This document shows positions 10,119 to 19,827 of a stretch of DNA of 64,000 nt, piece by piece. Source of the stretch: an uncultured Chloroflexia bacterium (GTDB lineage Bacteria; Chloroflexota; Limnocylindria; Limnocylindrales; CSP1-4). The stretch's first letter is position 1; each line of letters begins with the position of its first letter. The notes under the pieces are model-generated. The model saw nothing but the letters and a program-made list of their open reading frames with translations, was not told the DNA's origin and ran no database searches. The stretch covers positions 864,001-928,000 of the forward strand of contig CAVVCZ010000004.1 of NCBI GenBank assembly GCA_963746845.1. Direction: 5' to 3'. The translations under genes were made by a program, and so were the position numbers.

Positions 10119-10565
10119 TCAGCGCTCCGCCGTGTCCAGCCAGATCGTGAACGGGCCGTCGTTCACCAGCTCCACCGCCATGACGGCGCCGAACCGGCCG
10201 GTCGCGACGGTGGTTCCCAGGTCGCGCAGCGCCGCCGCGAACCGCTCGTACAGCCGCTCCGCCTGCTCGGGCGGTGCCGCACCGGTGAACCCGGGCCGGC
10301 GTCCGCGTCGCGTGTCGGCGTAGAGCGTGAACTGGCTCACGACCAGCACTCCACCGTGGACGTCGCTCAGGGACAGGTTCGTCTTGCCGGCCTCGTCATC
10401 GAAGATCCGCAGCTCGGTCACCCGCCGCGCGAGGGCGTCGGCGATCGCCTCGTCGTCGTCCGGGCCGACCCCGAGCAGGATCAGCAGGCCCGGGCCGATC
10501 TCCCCGACGACCTCGTCCTCGACCCGGACGCGCGCGCCCGACGTCCGCTGGAGCAGCGCCCGCAC
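10119..10565 (-). CDS. dtd: D-aminoacyl-tRNA deacylase
   Basis: MRALLQR, SQFTL, NDGPFT motifs. Confidence 0.96.
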   Translation of the reverse strand: MRALLQRTSGARVRVEDEVVGEIGPGLLILLGVGPDDDEAIADALARRVTELRIFDDEAGKTNLSLSDVHGGVLVVSQFTLYADTRRGRRPGFTGAAPPEQAERLYERFAAALRDLGTTVATGRFGAVMAVELVNDGPFTIWLDTAER

Positions 10566-10568
10566 GCC

Positions 10569-11624
10569 TCAGCCGCCGGCGGGACGGGACGCGGATGTCG
10601 GGGCCGGCCCCGCACCGTCGACGCCCGGTCGCTGGGGTGACGGAGGACGGACCCCATGCTCGGCGATGTACGCCGCCCGCCAGCGCTCGGCTTCCTCCAG
10701 GTACCGCTCCCGATCGGCGGCGTGCCGCTCCTCGGTCAACGCCTCCGCCGACGCGGGGACCAGCAGGTCGTAGTCGCGGACCCCGTCGGGATTGAACCGG
10801 CCCGTGCCGCGCAGCGGGATGACCGGGATCCCGCCGGCCTCGATGTCGGCCATGAACCGCCACGCGAGGTGCTTCGGGAGCTGGGCGAACGTCACCATCG
10901 CGTCGCGCGGGATCGGCGGCTTGCCGTGGTTCAGCCGGTACTGGTAGCCCTCGTCGGCGAGGGCCCGGACGAGCCGGATCTCGCGGCCCATGTTCCGGCC
11001 CTTGATCCAGAGGACCGAGCCGACGACGAGGATGTCGACACCGAGCCCACCGACGAACTCCGCGGACTCGCGGTTCACGCCGCCGTCGACGTGGACCTCG
11101 GCGCCGACGGGCTTGTGCGACAGGTACTCGCGGGCGGCCAGGATCTTCTCCGCGGCCACGTCCTTCATGAACGACTGGCCTCCGAAGCCCGGCTCGACCG
11201 TCATGACCAGGATGATGTCGAGCAGGTGCCGGTACGGCTCGAGCGCCGAGAGCGGCGTGTTCGGCTTCACCGCGAGCCCGGCGGCCCGACCCGCCTTGCG
11301 GATCGCGACGAGCGCCGGCTCGATCAGCGCCGGGTCCACCTCGACGTGGAACGTGATCGAGTCGCAGCCGGCCTCGAGGAACTCGTCCACGAACCGGAGC
11401 GGGTCGCTGATCATCAGGTGCGCATCGAGCGGCAGCTCGGTCCGCGGCCGGATCCCGGCGATCATCCTCGGCCCGAACGTGAGGTTCGGGACGAAGTGGC
11501 CGTCCATGATGTCGATGTGGAAGCGGTCCGCCCCCTCGCGCTCGGCCCGCCGGATCGCGTGGGCCATGTTCGAGTGGTCCGCGTCGAGGATGCTCACCGC
11601 GACGCGGGCACGACCGCCGGCCAC
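10569..11624 (-). CDS. rpe: Ribulose-phosphate 3-epimerase with C-terminal extension
   Basis: HIDIMDGHFVPN, DAHLM, MTVEPGFGGQ, VDGG; GTG start inferred. Confidence 0.9.
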   Translation of the reverse strand: MAGGRARVAVSILDADHSNMAHAIRRAEREGADRFHIDIMDGHFVPNLTFGPRMIAGIRPRTELPLDAHLMISDPLRFVDEFLEAGCDSITFHVEVDPALIEPALVAIRKAGRAAGLAVKPNTPLSALEPYRHLLDIILVMTVEPGFGGQSFMKDVAAEKILAAREYLSHKPVGAEVHVDGGVNRESAEFVGGLGVDILVVGSVLWIKGRNMGREIRLVRALADEGYQYRLNHGKPPIPRDAMVTFAQLPKHLAWRFMADIEAGGIPVIPLRGTGRFNPDGVRDYDLLVPASAEALTEERHAADRERYLEEAERWRAAYIAEHGVRPPSPQRPGVDGAGPAPTSASRPAGG

Positions 11625-11626
11625 CG

Positions 11627-12841
11627 CTACTCCCCCACCCCTGCCGGAACCGGCTCGTGGCTGCGCTCGCCGCGGAGCGCGTGCGCGCTCTCGTCGACCA
11701 GCCGGGCGCGGCGGCGGGCGACCGCGGCGGGCGCCGGCTCGCCCGCCCGCTCGGCGGCCAGCTGGCCACAGGCGGCCCCGATCTCCTGGCCGCGGTTCCG
11801 ACGGATCGTCGCCGTGACACCGGCCGCGGCCAGCGTCGCGGCGAAGGCCTCGATCACCGCGTCCGGTGACGCGGACCACGGGGTGTGGGCGACCGGGTTC
11901 ATCGGGATCAGGTTGACATGCGCGTGGTCACCGCGGAGCAGCTCGGCCATCGCCCGGGCGTCCTCGTCGGTGTCGTTGATCCCACTAATCATCGTTGCCT
12001 CGTAGGTGACGCGCCGGCCCGTCGCCGCGGCGTGGTCGCGGGCGGCGGCGACGACCTCGGCGATCGGCCAGCGGCGGTTGAGCGGCACGAGGACGTCACG
12101 GAGCGCGTCGCGCGCCGCGTGGAGCGAGACCGCGAGGGTGAACTGCGGGCCGAGGGCGGTCAGCCGGCGGATGCCGGGCACGACGCCCGAGGTGGACACC
12201 GTGATGTGCCGCGCCCCGAGCCCGAACCGGCCGCGATCGTTCAGCGCGTCCACCGCGGCAAGGACGCGATCCAGGTTCAGGAGCGGCTCGCCCATCCCCA
12301 TGAACACGACGTTCGTGATCCGCCGGCCGTCGGCCGCGAGCCGCCGGGCCGCGTGCCGGACCTGGTCGACGATCTCGGCGGTCTCCAGATCCCGGGTGAA
12401 TCCGAGCTCGCCCGTCGCACAGAACGGGCAGCCGACGGCGCACCCCGCCTGGCTCGAGATGCACAGGGTGTGCCGTTCGCGCTGCCTCCCTCGCGCGGGG
12501 TAGTGCATGAGGACCGACTCGACGAGCGCGCCGTCCGACAGGCGATGGAGACCCTTCTCGGTCAGCCCTCCGTCGGAGATCCGGAGCTCCGTATCGTCGA
12601 CCGTATCGAATCGGAACGCCGCCTCGAGATCCCCGCGGAGCGGTGCCGGCAGGGTGAGGATCTCGTCCACGGTCGCAGCGGGGCCGCGCCACACGGCGTC
12701 GGCGACCTGGCGTCCGCGGTAGGCCGGGTGGCCACGATCGGCCAGCCACGTCTGCAGCTCGTCCGGCAGGAGGCCGGACAGGCCCGGTCGCGGGTCGCGG
12801 ACCACGACCGGCAGGGCGGTGCCGGCGGGAGTGGTGCCCAC
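11627..12841 (-). CDS. rlmN: 23S rRNA m2A2503/tRNA radical SAM methyltransferase
   Basis: CISSQAGCAVGCPFCATG, FMGMGEP, AACGQL. Confidence 0.95.
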   Translation of the reverse strand: MGTTPAGTALPVVVRDPRPGLSGLLPDELQTWLADRGHPAYRGRQVADAVWRGPAATVDEILTLPAPLRGDLEAAFRFDTVDDTELRISDGGLTEKGLHRLSDGALVESVLMHYPARGRQRERHTLCISSQAGCAVGCPFCATGELGFTRDLETAEIVDQVRHAARRLAADGRRITNVVFMGMGEPLLNLDRVLAAVDALNDRGRFGLGARHITVSTSGVVPGIRRLTALGPQFTLAVSLHAARDALRDVLVPLNRRWPIAEVVAAARDHAAATGRRVTYEATMISGINDTDEDARAMAELLRGDHAHVNLIPMNPVAHTPWSASPDAVIEAFAATLAAAGVTATIRRNRGQEIGAACGQLAAERAGEPAPAAVARRRARLVDESAHALRGERSHEPVPAGVGE

Positions 12842-12850
12842 GAGCGGAGT

Positions 12851-13864
12851 CTACGCGGACCCGACGGCGGGACCGGCGGTCTCGATCGACCGGCCGAGCA
12901 TCGACGGGCGCCCGCGGAGGTACGCCTCGCCGGACATCGGCCGCCCCCCGGCCGGCTGGACCTCGAGGAGGACGAGCCGGCCGTCGGCGGTCGCGAGCGC
13001 CAGCCCGTCGGGGTCCGGCACGAGCCGGCCGGGCTCGTCGTCGGCGTCCGACGGGACGACGCGACCGGACAGCACGACGAGCCGCTGACCGTCGGCCTCG
13101 AGGAACGACCCGGGCCACGGGAGATACGCCCGGACCTGACGCTCCAGCAGCCACGCGGGCTGGTGCGGATCGATTCGGCCGTCGGCGCGACGCAGGGGAC
13201 GGGTCATCGTCGCGCCTTCGGTCGGCTGTGGTCGGGCGCGGAGCTTGCCGTCGAGCCATGGGTCGAGCGCCCGGGCGAGCATGCCGGACGCGGCGATCGC
13301 GAGGCGCGCCTCGATGGCCGGCGCCGTCTCGTCGCCGGCGAGCGTCGACCGCTCGCTCGCGATGATCGGGCCCGTGTCGATCCCCTCGTCCATCCGGATC
13401 AGCGTGACCCCGGTCTCGTCGTCGCCCGCGAGGATCGCGCCGGGGATCGGCGTCGCGCCACGATGCCGGGGCAGCAGCGACGGATGGAGGTTCAGCGCCC
13501 CGAACCGCGTCTCGAGGAGCTCCCGCGGCACGATCTGACCGTAGTCGGCGAGGACGACGAGATCCGGGTCGAGCGCGAGCAGGTCGGCCAGGGAGGCAGG
13601 GTCCCGGAGACGTTCCGGGCTGGCGACGGAGAGCCCGAGCTCGCGCGCCTGGGTCTCGACCACGGTCGCCATGAGGACGCGGCGCCGCCCGATCGGCCGG
13701 GCCGGCGCCGTCACGACCGAGACGAGGTCGACCGACACATGGGCGGCGAGACGCCCGAGGGTCGGCTGGGCGAAGCGACCGCTGCCGAGGAAGATCGTCC
13801 GGACGGGACGGATGCCGTCGCGCTCGGGTGTCTCCCCGCGGGGCCCGGCCGGCGGCCAGGTCAC
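12851..13864 (-). CDS. fmt: Methionyl-tRNA formyltransferase
   Basis: NLHPSLLPRHRGATP, MDEGIDTG; downstream of def. Confidence 0.95.
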   Translation of the reverse strand: MTWPPAGPRGETPERDGIRPVRTIFLGSGRFAQPTLGRLAAHVSVDLVSVVTAPARPIGRRRVLMATVVETQARELGLSVASPERLRDPASLADLLALDPDLVVLADYGQIVPRELLETRFGALNLHPSLLPRHRGATPIPGAILAGDDETGVTLIRMDEGIDTGPIIASERSTLAGDETAPAIEARLAIAASGMLARALDPWLDGKLRARPQPTEGATMTRPLRRADGRIDPHQPAWLLERQVRAYLPWPGSFLEADGQRLVVLSGRVVPSDADDEPGRLVPDPDGLALATADGRLVLLEVQPAGGRPMSGEAYLRGRPSMLGRSIETAGPAVGSA

Positions 13865-14394
13865 GCGAGGGCCCGCGCCGCCTTGTCGGTGTCGGCGTGC
13901 TGCCAGCCGCCGGCCTCGTCGTCCTCGTCGGCGCCGATCGGGATCAGCTCGTCCATCGACCCGAGGTAGTCGATGAAGAGCTTGCCGTCGAGGTGATCCA
14001 GCTCGTGCTGCAGCGCACGACCGAGCAGTCCCGAACCGGCGACCTTGATCTTCTTGCCGTGCCGGTTCTGCGCCACGACCCAGACCTTCTCCCGACGCGT
14101 CACGTATGCGTAGTAGCCCGGCAGCGAGAGACAGCCCTCGAGGTCGCGGTCGTCGCCGGCGGAGCGGACGATGCGCGGGTTGATCAGCTCGTACAGCTGA
14201 TCGCCGACCTCGATCACGCAGGCCTGGAGCGCCTCGCCGACCTGCGGCGCGGCCAGCCCCACGCCGGGTGCGTTGCGCATCGTCTCGGTCATGTCGTCGA
14301 GCAGGCCGTGCAGGAACCGGCCGAAGCCCTCGACGGGCTGCCCCTTCAGACGGAGGCGCGGGTCACCGAGGAGGACGATCGGGCGGACGCTCAT
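13861..14394 (-). CDS. def: Peptide deformylase
   Basis: GVGLAAPQ, EGCLS, QHELDHL. Confidence 0.97.
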   Translation of the reverse strand: MSVRPIVLLGDPRLRLKGQPVEGFGRFLHGLLDDMTETMRNAPGVGLAAPQVGEALQACVIEVGDQLYELINPRIVRSAGDDRDLEGCLSLPGYYAYVTRREKVWVVAQNRHGKKIKVAGSGLLGRALQHELDHLDGKLFIDYLGSMDELIPIGADEDDEAGGWQHADTDKAARALA

Positions 14395-14510
14395 GGCGGG
14401 AGAGTATATCCGGGGGTCCCCGTCGGACGACGTGACCCGACGACCGGCTCGCGTGGTCCGTCCGCCCGCTGGGTCCGTTCAGCCCGACCGGCCGCCCGGT
14501 CGGTTGTCGA

Positions 14511-15080
14511 TCAGTTGCTCGAGGTCGCGTCCTTGACCTCGTCGACCACGTGATCGATCGCGTCCTCGGCCTCGGCCACCGCGACACCCCCGTGCCCGTT
14601 CGCCTCGACGCCTTCCTCGGCGGACTTCGCGCGCAGCTCGGCCGCCCAGTGGCGCGACTTCGCGGCGAGCTTCTCGCTCGCGTCGGCGGTCGCGTCGGCC
14701 GCTCGGACCGCGAACGGTCCCGCCCGATCCGCCGCCGCCGCGGCGAGCTCCGCCGCCTTGGCCCCGATCTGCCGAGCGACCGGCGCCGCCTGGGTGGCGA
14801 CCGAGTCGATCATCGACTGGAGCTGGCTGATCATCTTCTCGCCGGTCGCCTTCGCGTCGGCTCCACCGGACCCGTCGTCGCTGGTCCAACCGAACGTCTC
14901 GTCCGATGCGCTGCCGATCGTCTCCGCGCCGGAGGCGACGGCGTCCGCCACCGCGGCCTCGGCGTCGCCGGCCGTCGACTCGACCTTGTCCTTGATGTCT
15001 GCGGCGTGACCGTTGACCGCGTCCTTCGCGTCCTGCATGTCGTCCATGGCGCCCTCCTGCTGGTCTCGCTCATTGTCCAT
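14511..15080 (-). CDS. Hypothetical acidic Ala-rich helical protein (LEA/YtxH-like)
   Basis: Natural composition, GC3-biased codons; alternative start about 30 nt downstream after CAGGAGG; no recognised motif. Confidence 0.65.
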   Translation of the reverse strand: MDNERDQQEGAMDDMQDAKDAVNGHAADIKDKVESTAGDAEAAVADAVASGAETIGSASDETFGWTSDDGSGGADAKATGEKMISQLQSMIDSVATQAAPVARQIGAKAAELAAAAADRAGPFAVRAADATADASEKLAAKSRHWAAELRAKSAEEGVEANGHGGVAVAEAEDAIDHVVDEVKDATSSN

Positions 15081-15148
15081 CGGATCGCCCGATCATGTCG
15101 GCCGGCCCCGCCGACCCCGCCCCGGCCTGCGAGCCGGCGTCATCAGCG

Positions 15149-18100
15149 TCACTGCACCCAGAGCTGGTCGTAGAGCAGGATCACCGGGTTGTCCTCGAAC
15201 CCTCCGACCCGCGACGACAGCAGCGTCACGTCGGTCGTGTTGAAGGCCATGACAGCCGGGGCTGCGTCGACGATCGCGTGGTCGATCCCCGCCCATCGCT
15301 CGTCGGCGCCGACCGGATCGGTCGCGGCCAGCGTCCGCGCGGCCTGCATTCGGTCGTCCACGGACCGATCGCACCACTCGGATGGGGCATCGCCGAAGCC
15401 CTGGCCGGCGGCGGGGCAGCCGAACCCGTCGCGGATCAGCGATGCGCCGGACCGGTCGTCCTCGCGGATCCAGTAACCGGCCATCTGGATCCGCTCCGGA
15501 TGCTCGAACACGAGGCTGAAGAAGTCGTCGAACGAGAGCAACCGAGTGGTCGCCCGGAACCCGAGGTCGTCCAGCAACCGGGTGAAGGACCGCGCGACCG
15601 CGGCATGCTGGCCCGAATCGTCCGCGCCCCAGACCGTCACGCGCTCGCCGGCGACGCCGGCCTGGTCGATGAGCTGCCTGGCGCGCGTCAGGTCCGGCCC
15701 GAGCCAGTTGCCGTTCGCGCCGGGGTCGACCGTCCACGGGCAGTACCGCTGATAGCCGCTGAAGCCGGGCGGAACGATCTGGCAGGTCACCGTCGCGGTC
15801 AAGGGTCCACCCCACGCCCCCACGAGCGCTGCCCGATCCGTTGCCAGGTTCACGGCCTCGCGAACGCGGACATCGTCGAACGGCGGCAGGCGGGTGTTCA
15901 TCATCTCGAACCAGGTCGCGACCGACGGTGCGACGTGGACCAGGCCGGGCACCTGGGTCCGGAGCTGGTCCATCCGCGACGCCGGCTCCGTCTCGACGTG
16001 GAGCACATCGGCGCTGCCGCTGGTCACCTCGACCGCCGGATCGGGCGCCGTCGTCTGCCGGACGTCGATCTCGTCCGGGTTGCCGTCGGGCTGGGCGTCC
16101 GCCGACCAGACCTGGAAATGAGGGTTCCGGACCAGCTCCTCGGACGCACCGGGGCGGAACGATGAGACCTGGTACGGCCCCGTTGCCACCATCGGGACGG
16201 ACACCTCGGTCAGCGGTGTGTCGGGCGGAAGGATCGGCACGTCGAAGATCCGGTCCGGGAAGCCTGCGTCGGCGGCGGTGAGATGGAAGGTGATGGTCCG
16301 GGCGCTGTCGTCCGTCGTGATCCCCCGTGTGAGGTCGCACGGAGGAGCGACCCCGCAGGCTGCCGATCCCTCGATCTCGGTGTCGCCGAACATGCCCGCG
16401 GCGCCCGCCGGCACGTTGCCGGCGAGGACCGCGCGCTCGAACGACCGGAGGGCATCGCCCGCCCGGACCGGACGACGGTCCGAGTAGACGAGACCCGCCC
16501 GGAGATGGAAGGTCCACGTCCGTCCGCCATCGGGCGATGACGGGATCTCGTCTGCGAGATCCGGGACGATCGTCAGACCGTCCGGTCCACCCACCCGCTT
16601 GTAGGTCACGAGCGCATCGTTCGTGATCAGCGAGAGGCCGCCGATCCCCCACTGGGCGTAGGTCGGATCGGGGGTTGCGGCCAGGTCCCCGGGGGCGGCG
16701 ATGACCCGCAGCGTGCCGCCGCGGTGACTGCCCGTCGGTTCGTTCGCCGTGAAGGCGATCCGGCCGTTGTCATCGGCCAGGCCGTGCGGGGTCGCCGCAA
16801 GCGGCGTCCGCCCGGTGATCTGGGCGGTGTCGAGGTCCAGCCGGACGATCTGATCGGGTGACGACACCGCCACCCAGGCACCGTCGCTGTCGACGACGAT
16901 CCCGGTCGGCCGGTTGCCAACCGTCTGGGCCGCCGTGACGGTCGCGGTCGCCGTCCCGATCCGGAAGACCGTGCCGCTCCCCGAGTTGACGACCCAGATC
17001 GCATCGCCGGTCGGCGAGGAGGCGATCGCCGTCGGGGCGCTGCCGGCGGCCACGGTCCGGGTGACCTGACCGGTCGTCGGATCCATCCGGTCGACGACAC
17101 TCTCGCTCGTGTCGACGATCCAGACCGAACCGTCGGCCGTGGTGATGCCGATCGGCGTTCCACCCACGGCGAACGCCCGGGTGCTGGCCCGTGGACGGGT
17201 CGATCCGGGTCACCGAATGGTCGAGGCGGTTCGCGACCCACACCCACCGGTCGTCGATCGCGATCCCGGACGGGGCAGTTCCCACCTCGACGGAGGCGAC
17301 GACCTCGCTGGTGGCCGGATCGATCCGGTCGACGGTCCGGTCGTCGCTGTTCGCGACCCAGACCGCCCCGAACCCGAACGCGATGCCATCCGGCGCATGA
17401 CCGACCCGGATCCGCTGGATCACCGCGCCGGTGTCCTCGTCCACGCGGAGCACCGTGCCGTCGGCGGGGCTCGTGATCCACAGCGATCCGGCACCGAGCG
17501 TGACGTTGTCCGGCCGCGCGTCGAGCGCCGTGCCGGCGACGAGCCGGCCGTCGGCGTCGATCTGGCCGATCCCGTCGGCGGCCAGGGTGATCGGTGGAGG
17601 CGTGGCGGCGCCCGCGGACGGCGCCGCCGGCGCCTGGCTCGGTGGTGCCGGGATCAGCCGGCTGCCGGACGCAATGACGACGACGGCCACCCCGAGGGCG
17701 GCAACGCCGAGCGCAGGACGCCGGATCACCCGTCGTGAACGGTCAGCCCGCGGAAGCTCGAGCGGGCCTGATGGCTTCGGGCGGACGGCAGGCGACGGGT
17801 CGAAGCCACGGAATCGTCCGTCGCCTCCACCGTTGCGGATCCCGGCGGCAAGCGCCTGGAGCTCGTCGCTCGGATCGACGTCGAGCTCCTCACGGAGTGC
17901 GGCGGTGGCGTCGCGATAGGCGATGAGGGCCTCGGACTTCCGGCCGGTGGCCGCGAGGGCGATCATCAGGGCGGCCCACAGCGGCTCGCGATAGGGCGCG
18001 TCGCCCAGCTCGCGCCGCAGGTCGGGGATCACGGAGGCTGCCTCGCCGAGGCGCAGGCGGAGCGCGATCAGCTCATCGACGGCGCCGTTGCGAAGCTCGG

Positions 18101-18587
18101 CGAGCCGCTCCAGCTCCGCGATCGCCGCCGGTTCGTCCCCGACATCCGGCGCTCCGGGCCGCCGCCAGAGCGCGAGCGCACGCGCGAGGTGGTCGGCCGC
18201 CGCTCGCGGATCGTCGGCCAGGACCGTGCGCCCCGCGGCGAGGAGCGCCTCGAACCGCCGGGCGTCGATCGCGGCCGGCGCGATACGCAGCCGATACGCG
18301 CGTCCCTCGGTCTCGACGGCGGCCGCTCCGCCGGCGTCGGCCCCGGTCCCCGGCCGCGACTGCTCCGTCGCGAGGAGCCGGCGGAGCTGGAACACATGCG
18401 ATTGGAGCGTCGGGAGGGCGGTCGGCGGGACATCCTCGCCCCACAGGGCGCTCATCAGCCGGTCGGCGGAGACCGGGGCGTTGGGCTCGAGCGCCAGCAT
18501 GGCGAGGAGCGTCTGCTGCTTCGCCGGCAGCCGGATGGCGCGGCCCCCGATCGTGACGAGCACAGGTCCGAGGACGCCGATCTCCAC
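15149..18587 (-). CDS. SARP (wHTH+BTAD)-TM-YVTN-type beta-propeller-ABC family 5 solute-binding fusion; single +1 frameshift near 17185
   Basis: N-part VLGP...LLAMLAL..N..VS.DRL...LW, LQSHV..LRR, PYRE..W..LM.AL...GR..EAL (BTAD); TM ALGVAVVVIASG; repeats VWVAN..D.TV.RID; C-part GGTLR, VPDLA, WTFHLR, ATGPY, VREAVNLA.DR. The two ORF-track ORFs join at RIDPSTG|STRAFAVGGTP. Confidence 0.85.
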
Positions 18588-18653
18588 GCCAACACGATAG
18601 CCCGGCGCCGCGGTTTCGTCGTTCGCCGAATCCGGCCCCGGCGCGATGGCGAT

Positions 18654-18682
18654 TTCAGTGCGATTCGAGCGGTTCTTCAGCG
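18654..18682 (+). promoter_or_regulatory. Three SARP-type heptamer direct repeats at 11-bp phase
   Basis: TTCAGTG (18654), TCGAGCG (18665), TTCAGCG (18676); possible -10 TTGGCT at 18691; TCGAGCG matches the Streptomyces ActII-ORF4/DnrI-type site. Confidence 0.7.
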
Positions 18683-18742
18683 GGGTCTGATTGGCTCGGA
18701 CCCGGTGGCGTCCGCCATCCGTTTCGACAGGAGGTCCATGCG

Positions 18743-19228
18743 ATGCGACGACTCTTCGCCCTCGCCCTGGCCGTGGGTCTGATCGCCTCGGTCGTGGCGG
18801 TCTCCCAGGTATCCGCGACGCCGGCATCCGGCGTCACGACCACGACCCTCGCGACCGGAACCCTGGATCCGGTCCACGTCCACGTCCGGAACGGCCGGTG
18901 GGCGATCAATCTCCGGACCCGCAAGACCTCGACCGTCACGGTGGTCGAGAACGACGTGGCTCCGGGCGGATCCTTCGGCTGGCACAGCCACCCGGGCCCG
19001 AGCATCATCGTCGTGAAGGCCGGCACGCTGACCTTCTACGACTCCGACGATCCGCAGTGCGGCCCCGTCGTCCGCACGGCCGGCGATGCGTTCATCGACT
19101 CGGGCCAGGACACCCACGTCGGGATCAACAAGGGCACCGAGACGGCGATCGTCATCGTGACCCGGATCCTGCCCGAGGGCGCCAACCCGCGGATCGACGA
19201 GCCCGAGCCTCCGAACTGCGACATCTAG
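18743..19228 (+). CDS. Secreted cupin-domain protein
   Basis: Signal peptide; PGGSFGWHSHPG...G.LT...GDAF.D...TH cupin motifs; AGGAGG RBS. Confidence 0.85.
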   Translation: MRRLFALALAVGLIASVVAVSQVSATPASGVTTTTLATGTLDPVHVHVRNGRWAINLRTRKTSTVTVVENDVAPGGSFGWHSHPGPSIIVVKAGTLTFYDSDDPQCGPVVRTAGDAFIDSGQDTHVGINKGTETAIVIVTRILPEGANPRIDEPEPPNCDI

Positions 19229-19296
19229 ACCCGCCATCTCCCCGCGCGGCGGCCCATGGCCGGGTCGCCGCGCCTACCGGTCACGGAGGCAGCAGC

Positions 19297-19818
19297 ATGG
19301 AACGCCGTCGAGCCGGAGCTCGACTCGCCACGATCGGACTCGTCGCCGCGCTGGGCCTCTCCGGGTGCGCGCCGGCCGGCGAGGCCCCGACGGCGTCGCC
19401 GACACGCCTCGTGGTACCGAGCGCGGAGGCCGCGACCGCATCGAGCACCCCCGCGTCGAGCACGACCGGTGTCCGCACCCGGCCGTTGCCGGCGGCCATC
19501 GTTGGCGCCCCTGCGAGCAAGGTGGACATCCAGCTCCGGATCAACCAGAACCGCTGGTCCACCGACGCGATCGTGGCGCCGGCCGGCGAGACGTGGCGAG
19601 TCACGATCACCAACCAGAACCTGTCGGGCCTCTCGAAGATCGCTCACAACTTCGTCGTCGCGGATGGTCCGGACTTCGAGGACCGGATCTTCACCGCCGA
19701 CCAGATCCCGGGCGGGTCCATCGCCACCATCACGGTTCCGGCGTTGCCCCCCGGCTCCTACTTCTTCATCTGCACGATCCATCCGAACACGATGACGGGC
19801 ACGCTGACGCTCGAGTAG
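19297..19818 (+). CDS. Cupredoxin-domain lipoprotein
   Basis: Lipobox LSGC; HNF and C-x2-H-x3-M (CTIHPNTM) type-1 copper ligands; GGAGG RBS. Confidence 0.85.
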   Translation: MERRRAGARLATIGLVAALGLSGCAPAGEAPTASPTRLVVPSAEAATASSTPASSTTGVRTRPLPAAIVGAPASKVDIQLRINQNRWSTDAIVAPAGETWRVTITNQNLSGLSKIAHNFVVADGPDFEDRIFTADQIPGGSIATITVPALPPGSYFFICTIHPNTMTGTLTLE

Positions 19819-19827
19819 GGCGGCCCC

